NCBI GenBank assembly: GCA_964632605.1
Contig: CAZWBZ010000004.1
Coordinates: 1 to 62,672, forward strand
Direction: 5' to 3'
DNA from: an uncultured Candidatus Saccharibacteria bacterium
GTDB lineage: Bacteria; Patescibacteriota; Minisyncoccia; Phycocordibacterales; UBA9973
Length of the DNA stretch: 62,672 nucleotides
Made by a program: the position numbers and the translations under genes
Shown here: positions 52,048 to 59,045 of the stretch, one piece after another
How the letters are laid out: each line of letters starts with the position of its first letter
Numbering within the stretch: position 1 is the stretch's first letter
Notes under the pieces: model-generated
Database searches by the model: none
Told to the model about the DNA's origin: nothing
The model's input: only the letters and a program-made list of their open reading frames with translations

Positions 52048-53610
52048 ATGAAAGATAAATTAATCTCTTTTTTTGCCCCTAAACTGGACTTTTTGAAGAA
52101 AAAATGGAAAATGGTAGCTTTAATTGCAGTTGTTCTGCTTATTGTAATCTCTAAAATTATTCCTGATGGTTTTGACCCAAAGACAGAAATTGTTGAAGAA
52201 GTTAAAGTTCAAAATTTACAAAAAACTGTAAAAGCAACAGGGGATGTTACTTCTGTAGTTAACCTGGAATTGTCGTTTAATAATCCTGGACGTGTGCAAA
52301 GTGTTAATGCAACACTTGGTCAAAAAGTTTCAAAAGGTCAAATACTGGCTAGCTTAAATGCTGGTTCAGAACTTGGGCAACTTAATCAAGCTTATGGAGC
52401 ATTAAAATCAGCACAGGCAGCACTAGCAAGAACAATAGAGGGTTCAACATCTGAAGAAGTTAAAGTTGCAGAAGTATCTCTTGAAAATGCAAAACGTTCT
52501 TATACTAATACTGAAAAACTGCAAAATACTTTGGTTAAAAATGCTAAAGCAAATTTGTATTCTAGTGGTCTTACTGCTGTGTCTAGTCTGACAAATTCTA
52601 GTACAACTGCACCTACTATTAGTGGTACTTATTCTGGTGCAAACGAAGATGAATATACTGTGAATACTTATCCAACAGGAGCTGGTAGCTACGCTTCTTA
52701 TACTTCAACATCAGGAGATAGTGGTTCTTTCTCTATTAGTACAAATGGTCCAATTGCTTTAGGTAGCCAGGGCTTGTATATACAATTTGCTACATCTACT
52801 TCAGGCTCTAATGAAACATGGAAAGTAAAAATTCCAAACACTGCAAGCGTATCTTACAGTGCAAACCTAAGTATTTTAAATTCTGCAATGGAAACAAAGT
52901 CTTTAGCGTTAGAGACAGCTCAAGCCGCAGTAGATAGTGCCGAGGCAAACCTGGGTCTTAAGAAAGCAGCAGCTCGTCCGTCTGATATTGCAGCACGTGA
53001 AGCTGATGTTTTAATAGCGCAAGGCCGCGTACAAGCAGCCCAAGGTATTTACGAAGATAAAATAATCCGCGCTCCAATGTCTGGTTATATTACAAAGCTT
53101 GATATTAGTGCTGGAGAGAATGTAGAGTCTAAAAAAATAGCTATCGTTCTTCAAGATAAAGGCAGTCTATTTCTAGAAGCTGACATAAACGAAGCAGATA
53201 TCGGTCTTATTAATATTGGCCAAGTTGTAACATTTACAGTGGATACTTTGGGTTCAAGTGATATCTTTACAGCAGAGGTAACTCATATTGATGGGTCTCC
53301 TACAAAAGACGGCAATATTGTAAACTACAAAATCAAAGCAAAAATCGTAACAGGAATGGATAAGATTAAAAATGGTTCTACTGCAAATCTTTCTATCTTG
53401 ATTCAAGAAAAAGCAAATGTAGTTGTTGTTCCAAATAGAACTGTTTATTCAAACGAAGATGGTTCTCGCTATGTTATGCTTGTAACTAATGAAAAATCAG
53501 CAAAGACTTCAAATACTCCTGTTACTGTTGGTTTCCAAGGGGACGGCGCTTTGACTGAAATTTTAAACGGCCTAACAGGTAGTGAAAAAGTTTTGTTTAA
53601 GACAAAATAA
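52048..53610 (+). CDS. HlyD/MacA-family membrane-fusion (periplasmic adaptor) protein with a Ser/Thr-rich insertion
   Basis: N-terminal TM helix. Lipoyl-like halves (GRVQSVNATLGQKVSKGQILASLN / GYITKLDISAGENV). A coiled-coil region is interrupted by a ~100-aa S/T/G-rich segment. Confidence 0.75.
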   Translation: MKDKLISFFAPKLDFLKKKWKMVALIAVVLLIVISKIIPDGFDPKTEIVEEVKVQNLQKTVKATGDVTSVVNLELSFNNPGRVQSVNATLGQKVSKGQILASLNAGSELGQLNQAYGALKSAQAALARTIEGSTSEEVKVAEVSLENAKRSYTNTEKLQNTLVKNAKANLYSSGLTAVSSLTNSSTTAPTISGTYSGANEDEYTVNTYPTGAGSYASYTSTSGDSGSFSISTNGPIALGSQGLYIQFATSTSGSNETWKVKIPNTASVSYSANLSILNSAMETKSLALETAQAAVDSAEANLGLKKAAARPSDIAAREADVLIAQGRVQAAQGIYEDKIIRAPMSGYITKLDISAGENVESKKIAIVLQDKGSLFLEADINEADIGLINIGQVVTFTVDTLGSSDIFTAEVTHIDGSPTKDGNIVNYKIKAKIVTGMDKIKNGSTANLSILIQEKANVVVVPNRTVYSNEDGSRYVMLVTNEKSAKTSNTPVTVGFQGDGALTEILNGLTGSEKVLFKTK

Positions 53611-53617
53611 AAACTAA

Positions 53618-54895
53618 ATGGATAAAACACAAAAATCTTATTTCATAAAAAACGATATGCGCGTCGGTTGGTTTTTGGCCAAGCGTGATGTTAAGCGTGC
53701 AAACAAATGGACTACAGTGCTTATCGTTTTTGTGATGATTTTTACTTTTCTTAACTTGGTCGTTGTGTCTGGTATTTTGGTTGGTCTTATCCAAGGCTCT
53801 GTAGATGCTAACAAAAAAAGAAACACCGGAGATATCTTCATTAGTTCTTTTATTAACCGAGACTATATTGACCAAAGTATCGAAGTAGAAAAAGTTGTAC
53901 AAAATACTCCGGGGCTCAAAGAATACAGCGCGAGAGTTACTGGGTCAGGTAGAGTTACCGCAGAATTTAGAAAGACTTTACTCAAAGATGAATTACCTAA
54001 CGCTGTTGGCGCGGGACTTGTTGGTATAATTCCAGAACAAGAAGACAAGGTTACAAAACTTTCTACTGCTATTACAAAAGGTACATATTTGTCTTCAAAT
54101 GATCCAGAGGGTGTATTGATAGGTGAAAGTTTACTTTATAACGAAGAAACTCCTATTGAATTTCCTGGGTTTACTGCAATCAAGCGTCTTAAAATTGGAG
54201 ACACCGTTGCTATTAAAGTTGGTGATAGTGAAAAAGAATTTATTGTACGCGGATTCCTAAAGTCCAAAGTTAACGAAGTAGACGCACGTGTATTCATGAA
54301 CCAGTCTGAGCTACGTAAAATGATTGGCTCGTCTCTTCTTACTTATAATGAAATTGCTATTACTTTAAACGACGGAGTAGGGGAAGATTTAGCCAAAAAT
54401 GCCCTAATGTCTTCTGGTATTGGTGAATACGCTCGCATTCAAACTTCTATAGAAGCGCAGCCAAAATTCCTTAAAGATATTCAGCAGACTTTTGCAATAT
54501 TGGGTAATGCTATTTCTTCTATTGGTCTTATCGTGGCATCGATTACAATATTTATTGTTATCTTTGTTAATGCTATTACACGCAGACGTTTTATTGGTAT
54601 CCTAAAAGGTATTGGTGTTACTCGACGCGCTATTATTTTTTCTTATATGTACCAGTCTGTGTTCTATGCAGCACTAGGGTCTCTTGTTGGAGTAATACTT
54701 GTATTTGGTTTTATAAAACCAGGTTTTGCTGCAAACCCGATAGATTTCCCATTCTCTGATGGAATACTTGTGGCTACGGTTCCAGGTACAATGAAACGCG
54801 TACTACTGCTGATGATAACTACAATTATTGCAGGCTATATTCCAGCGCGTATTGTAGCGAAACAAAATACATTAGGAGCAATTCTAGGAAGATAA
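53618..54895 (+). CDS. ABC transporter permease, FtsX/MacB type
   Basis: One TM helix, a large extracytoplasmic domain, then three C-terminal TM helices containing the FtsX-like RRRFIGILKGIGVTR segment. Confidence 0.8.
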   Translation: MDKTQKSYFIKNDMRVGWFLAKRDVKRANKWTTVLIVFVMIFTFLNLVVVSGILVGLIQGSVDANKKRNTGDIFISSFINRDYIDQSIEVEKVVQNTPGLKEYSARVTGSGRVTAEFRKTLLKDELPNAVGAGLVGIIPEQEDKVTKLSTAITKGTYLSSNDPEGVLIGESLLYNEETPIEFPGFTAIKRLKIGDTVAIKVGDSEKEFIVRGFLKSKVNEVDARVFMNQSELRKMIGSSLLTYNEIAITLNDGVGEDLAKNALMSSGIGEYARIQTSIEAQPKFLKDIQQTFAILGNAISSIGLIVASITIFIVIFVNAITRRRFIGILKGIGVTRRAIIFSYMYQSVFYAALGSLVGVILVFGFIKPGFAANPIDFPFSDGILVATVPGTMKRVLLLMITTIIAGYIPARIVAKQNTLGAILGR

Positions 54896-54896
54896 T

Positions 54897-55577
54897 ATGA
54901 TAGAAATAAAAAACTTATATAAAATATTTGAAAATGGGGATTCACCAATAACAGCCCTAAAGGATGTTTCTTTTAGTATTCCCGAAGGTCAGTTTTTAAC
55001 TATTTCTGGTAAATCTGGTTCTGGTAAATCTACACTGCTATACCAACTTGGACTTCTGGATGACCCAACCAAAGGTGAGATAATAATAAACGGTGTTGAC
55101 TCTCATACGTTAAATGAAAAAGAAAAAGGCAACATGCGTCTTAAGACTTTGGGTTATATTTTCCAAGACTATGCAATATTGCCATCTCTTTCTGCTCTTG
55201 AGAATGTAATGGTACCTCTTTTAATGCTCGGCTATGATTATAAAATAGCAACAGAAAAGGCAATGGAAGCTTTAAAGAAAGTTGGGTTAGTAGACAGAAT
55301 GCATAACTTACCATCACAGCTCTCTGGTGGTCAGCAGCAGCGCGTCTCTATTGCTCGGGCTATTGCTCATACTCCAAGCGTACTTTTTGCTGACGAACCG
55401 ACAGCTAACTTGGACTCTGAAACATCTGACCAAATAATAAAAGTATTTTTGGATTTAAATAAAGAAGGTCAAACTATTGTTATGGTTACTCACGAGCCAG
55501 AATACGCAAAATTGGCTGATCGGACCATTTTCTTGACGGATGGGAAGATCTCTTCTGATATAAATAACCACGCTTAG
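54897..55577 (+). CDS. ABC transporter ATP-binding protein (MacB/LolD type)
   Basis: GKSGSGKST, LSGGQQQRV, LFADEPT and H-loop VTHE. Confidence 0.9.
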   Translation: MIEIKNLYKIFENGDSPITALKDVSFSIPEGQFLTISGKSGSGKSTLLYQLGLLDDPTKGEIIINGVDSHTLNEKEKGNMRLKTLGYIFQDYAILPSLSALENVMVPLLMLGYDYKIATEKAMEALKKVGLVDRMHNLPSQLSGGQQQRVSIARAIAHTPSVLFADEPTANLDSETSDQIIKVFLDLNKEGQTIVMVTHEPEYAKLADRTIFLTDGKISSDINNHA

Positions 55578-55582
55578 GCCTG

Positions 55583-55591
55583 TGTTATAAT
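55583..55591 (+). promoter_or_regulatory. Extended -10 box (tgttataat)
   Basis: TGn+TATAAT about 31 nt before the ATG at 55623. Confidence 0.35.
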
Positions 55592-55622
55592 ACAAACATA
55601 CAAGGTAATTATTCAGAAAAGT

Positions 55623-56408
55623 ATGTTTAATATGTTCGAAAATAAAAAAATAAGCCAAGGCTTGGTCATTGTGACTATTGTGTCTCTATGTCTATTCTTT
55701 TTGGCTGGTGCAAAAAATTGGTCTAACGGTTCATCTAAAGATAAAATGCCAGCAACTATTACAGTGTCTGGAACAGGGGAATTTTTTGCCGTACCTGATA
55801 CTGCAACATTTTCTTTCTCTGTAGAAAAAGAAGGTAAGACTCAAAAAGAGGCATCTGATGCTGGAGCTACAGTTATAAATACAATAATCGACGCTCTAAA
55901 GAAAGATTACGGTATGAGTGATACAAAAGATTTAAAAACTACAAATCTTTCTATCTCACCTAAATACGAATACTCAGCTCCATGTTACGGATATAAATGT
56001 CCTGTTTCAAATCCAAAAATCTCTGGATACACATTTAGTCAAAGTGTAACTGTAAAAGTTAAAGATCTTGATAAGGCTGGAGAAATCACTGCAAAATTAG
56101 CAGAATGGGGTGCTAGTAATGTATACGGTCCAGACTTTACACTAGCTGACGAAGACGCAGCAAACGGCAAAGCTCGCCAAGATGCTATCGTAGATGCAAA
56201 GGTAAAAGCTGCAACACTAGCAAAACAACTAGGTGTAAAACTTGGCAGTATCCAAAGCTTTTCTGAAAACGGAGGAGGAGCATATCCTATGGCTTACCGT
56301 GCTGATGCTATGATGGCTAGTGGTATGGAGAAATCTATTGCACCTCAAATGCCAACAGGAGAGAACAAATACCAATCTAACGTAACTATCGTTTACGAAA
56401 TCCGCTAA
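55623..56408 (+). CDS. SIMPL/DUF541-domain secreted protein
   Basis: ITVSGTGE..AVPD.A.FSFSV............A.....VI..L and the terminal YQSNVTIVYEI pattern. Confidence 0.7.
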   Translation: MFNMFENKKISQGLVIVTIVSLCLFFLAGAKNWSNGSSKDKMPATITVSGTGEFFAVPDTATFSFSVEKEGKTQKEASDAGATVINTIIDALKKDYGMSDTKDLKTTNLSISPKYEYSAPCYGYKCPVSNPKISGYTFSQSVTVKVKDLDKAGEITAKLAEWGASNVYGPDFTLADEDAANGKARQDAIVDAKVKAATLAKQLGVKLGSIQSFSENGGGAYPMAYRADAMMASGMEKSIAPQMPTGENKYQSNVTIVYEIR

Positions 56409-56428
56409 TAAATATAAAGTTTTTTTCT

Positions 56429-56453
56429 AAAACCCCCTGATTTAGGGGGTTTT
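56429..56453 (+). terminator. Intrinsic terminator
   Basis: aaaaccccct-gattt-agggggtttt. Confidence 0.8.
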
Positions 56454-56460
56454 AGTTTGT

Positions 56461-56489
56461 TTGACTTTTGGGGTTATTTAGGGTAGTAT
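56461..56489 (+). promoter_or_regulatory. Candidate sigma70 promoter of secE-nusG-rplK
   Basis: TTGACT (56461-56466), 17-nt spacer, TAGTAT (56484-56489). Confidence 0.4.
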
Positions 56490-56545
56490 ATTCACATAAG
56501 GCCCTAGCGGGCTTTTAAAATTGCCCGTTAATTTTTTATACACTT

Positions 56546-56731
56546 ATGCAGAAAATAACCAATTATCTAAAGGAAACTAAAGTCGAACTACAAAATGTTG
56601 TTTGGCCAAAGTGGCCATTGACCTTTACTCACACCGCAATTGTTGTAGTTGTGGCTATTCTTGTTGGGTATCTATCTGGCGTGTTTGATTCTCTTTTTAA
56701 ATTTGGACTTGCTCGCGCTCTAGGCATTTAA
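56546..56731 (+). CDS. secE: Preprotein translocase subunit SecE
   Basis: 61 aa with ETKVELQNVVWP followed by one TM helix. Located immediately upstream of nusG. Confidence 0.75.
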   Translation: MQKITNYLKETKVELQNVVWPKWPLTFTHTAIVVVVAILVGYLSGVFDSLFKFGLARALGI

Positions 56732-56753
56732 TAGTTTTAATTACACTTAATAT

Positions 56754-57299
56754 ATGGCAAAACAAGGTGAAGGAAATCGTAACTGGTATGCAGTACATAC
56801 ATACGCAGGATACGAAAATGCAGTTCTTCGTAATTTAAAACAACGTATTGATTCACTAGGAATGCAGGAAAAGATATTTAACGTTGTTGTTCCTACAGAA
56901 AAGAAGATTAAAATCAAAGGAAGTAAACGTGTCGAAGTAGAAGAAAAAACTTACCCAGGATATGTTCTAGTAGACATGATCGTAACAGATGATTCTTGGT
57001 ACGTAGTTCGAAACACTCCACGAGTTACAGGTTTCGTAGGGGCAGGGGTTAACCCAGTTCCGCTAAGACAAGACGAAGTAGATGTACTATTTAAAACTAT
57101 AAATAAAGACACTGTTGCTGAATATACTTCAATGTACAGCGTAGACGAACCGGTTCGTATTACAGACGGTCCATTTAAAGATTTAGAAGGTATCGTTTCC
57201 GAAGTTGATACAGTTCACGGTAAAGTAAAAGTCTTAGTATCACTGTTCGGTCGCGAGACTCCAGTAGAGCTTGATTTCTTACAAATAAAGAAGATATAG
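56754..57299 (+). CDS. nusG: Transcription termination/antitermination factor NusG
   Basis: NGN domain WYAVHTYAGYEN. KOW domain ITDGPFKDLEGIVSEVD...KVKVLVSLFGRETPVEL. Confidence 0.92.
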   Translation: MAKQGEGNRNWYAVHTYAGYENAVLRNLKQRIDSLGMQEKIFNVVVPTEKKIKIKGSKRVEVEEKTYPGYVLVDMIVTDDSWYVVRNTPRVTGFVGAGVNPVPLRQDEVDVLFKTINKDTVAEYTSMYSVDEPVRITDGPFKDLEGIVSEVDTVHGKVKVLVSLFGRETPVELDFLQIKKI

Positions 57300-57313
57300 T
57301 TACATTAACAGAT

Positions 57314-57366
57314 TCGTTTCCGGGGCTCGAAATATATGTCGCGAGCACGCTTCTCCCGGGGCGACA
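57314..57366 (+). promoter_or_regulatory. GC-rich two-helix element in the nusG-rplK spacer (candidate ribosomal-protein leader)
   Basis: Inner helix ggctcg/cgagc (57325-57329 with 57342-57346). Outer helix ccggg/cccgg (57320-57324 with 57355-57359). Stands out against the AT-rich surroundings. Confidence 0.3.
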
Positions 57367-57385
57367 AAAATAATTAATAAATTTT

Positions 57386-57820
57386 ATGGCAGCACAAGGA
57401 AAAAAAATAATAAAGAATGTAAAATTCTTAGCTCCAGCAGGTAAAGCTACACCTGCGCCTCCACTTGGTCCAGTTCTTGGTCAAGCTGGTGTAAACATCG
57501 CTGAATTTTGTCAAAAATTCAACGCAGCATCTACAGAATACGCAGGAGAAACAGTTGGTGTAAAACTAACAGTTTACGAAGATCGTACTTACGAATTCGT
57601 AATCAAGACTCCTCCTACAACTGGTATGATCCTAAAAGCAGCCGGCCTTGAAAAAGGTGCTGGTAAAACAGGAACAAGTAAAGCAGGTAAAATAACTCGC
57701 GCACAAGCAGAAGAAATTGCAAAGAGAAAAATGCAAGATCTAAACGCTAAAGATCTAGAAGGTGCAGTTAAAATCATTGCTGGTTCAGCTCGCTCTATGG
57801 GAATCCAAATCGTTGACTAA
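57386..57820 (+). CDS. rplK: 50S ribosomal protein L11
   Basis: PAGKATPAPPLGPVLGQAGVNI..FC..FN. Confidence 0.95.
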   Translation: MAAQGKKIIKNVKFLAPAGKATPAPPLGPVLGQAGVNIAEFCQKFNAASTEYAGETVGVKLTVYEDRTYEFVIKTPPTTGMILKAAGLEKGAGKTGTSKAGKITRAQAEEIAKRKMQDLNAKDLEGAVKIIAGSARSMGIQIVD

Positions 57821-57825
57821 CATAT

Positions 57826-57848
57826 AAAACCCTCTTATCGAGGGTTTT
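57826..57848 (+). terminator. Intrinsic terminator after rplK
   Basis: aaaaccctc-ttatc-gagggtttt followed by a T-rich run. Confidence 0.75.
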
Positions 57849-57865
57849 ATTGTTTTTTATTAGCA

Positions 57866-57874
57866 TGGTATAAT
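57866..57874 (+). promoter_or_regulatory. Extended -10 box (tggtataat) ending 7 nt before the ATG
   Basis: TGn+TATAAT at 57866-57874; ATG at 57882. Confidence 0.45.
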
Positions 57875-57881
57875 TGTGTAT

Positions 57882-58664
57882 ATGGAAAATAAAGTAGTTT
57901 TAAATATCAAAGAGATTTTCTCTTATTCTTTTGAAAAGGCAAAGAAGAACTTTCTTCCTTTTGCTGCATCAATTTTTGCTTTTATGGTTGTTGCAATGAT
58001 CGAGCCTAATGAAAAGACTCATTCGTTTAGAACCCTAAGAAGTCTTATTAGCCTCTTTGGGTCTGTTTATCTTTCAATGGCAATGTATAATGCTGTGTTT
58101 AAGATTATAAAAGAAGAAGCTATAACTGTTAAAGATTTCTTTACTTGGCCTGTTAATGGATTTAAAACACTTTGGGCTGAAATTGTTTCAAAGCTAATAA
58201 TAGCACCTGTATTTTTTGCAATGATTATTATTGCGATGACTATTGGTTTTACAGGACTTTCTGGAATAGCTAAAGCCATAGTTGCTGCTGTCTTTATAGG
58301 AGCTTTGTTTGCAGTAATGCTGCATTTAACTTTGCGCCTAATGTTTGCAAAGTATTTTGCTTTAGAAAAAGGTTATGGAGTTAAAGAAAGTATCAAAGCT
58401 TCTTGGTCATCCACAAAAGGGAATACAGGCCGAATTTTATGGGTCTCTATTGTTGGGATGGGTATTGTTATCTTGGGAATATTAGCCCTTTTGGTTGGTC
58501 TTTTCTTGGCTATTCCAATAGTTGTTATCTCTCAAATGGTTATGTATAAAAAGCTAACTAATAGTAGTTTGGTATCTTCAGAAATAGCTGGGGGTTCTAT
58601 TTTACCAGAAGTTCAGCCACTTGAATTAGAAGCTAATCCGTCAGTAATTGACGCACAAAATTAA
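57882..58664 (+). CDS. Polytopic membrane protein, function unknown
   Basis: ORF with ~5 hydrophobic helices. The ATG at 57882 is preferred over the track's GTG at 57876, which sits just downstream of the -10 box in the gap before the ATG. Confidence 0.5.
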   Translation: MENKVVLNIKEIFSYSFEKAKKNFLPFAASIFAFMVVAMIEPNEKTHSFRTLRSLISLFGSVYLSMAMYNAVFKIIKEEAITVKDFFTWPVNGFKTLWAEIVSKLIIAPVFFAMIIIAMTIGFTGLSGIAKAIVAAVFIGALFAVMLHLTLRLMFAKYFALEKGYGVKESIKASWSSTKGNTGRILWVSIVGMGIVILGILALLVGLFLAIPIVVISQMVMYKKLTNSSLVSSEIAGGSILPEVQPLELEANPSVIDAQN

Positions 58665-58665
58665 T

Positions 58666-58821
58666 ATGTTTTTCTCAAAAGTTCTATTTACAATCCAAAG
58701 TATCGGTTATATATACTTTTTGCTTATTATCGTTGCTGATATCATTCTTTGGAAGATTCATCCTGTTCTTGGTGTACTAGGGGTTTTGTTTACATTTGCT
58801 TTTCTTTTGGGCTGGTTCTAA
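58666..58821 (+). CDS. Possible 51-aa two-TM peptide (below the track's length cut-off)
   Basis: The ATG lies 1 nt after the upstream stop. Sequence MFFSKVLFTIQSIGYIYFLLIIVADIILWKIHPVLGVLGVLFTFAFLLGWF. Followed by the terminator at 58862. Confidence 0.3.
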   Translation: MFFSKVLFTIQSIGYIYFLLIIVADIILWKIHPVLGVLGVLFTFAFLLGWF

Positions 58822-58861
58822 ACTTTGTTTCAGTTTTTTGGAAAAAAATAAAAAAATCTCT

Positions 58862-58891
58862 CTAAAATGCTTTCCTTGGAAAGCATTTTAG
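58862..58891 (+). terminator. Intrinsic terminator
   Basis: ctaaaatgctttcc-tt-ggaaagcattttag is a 14-bp stem. Confidence 0.65.
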
Positions 58892-59045
58892 CTTGGTGTA
58901 TTGACGCGTTTAATCTATGGTTTTAGAAACTAAAAATGTGCCAAAATCTTGGTTATCCACTGTTCTTTTTGGGTTCGAATTTTGTTATTATGATAGTCCA
59001 AGCGGACAAGTCCGTATTAGTCGTTAACATAATTTATCAAGCCCC

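Noticed and set aside
58950-58985. T-loop-like gggttcgaatttt upstream of nrdA as a possible tRNA or tmRNA
   Set aside because: The flanking bases cannot form a T stem (ttggg versus tttgt), and no acceptor or anticodon arms can be drawn around it.
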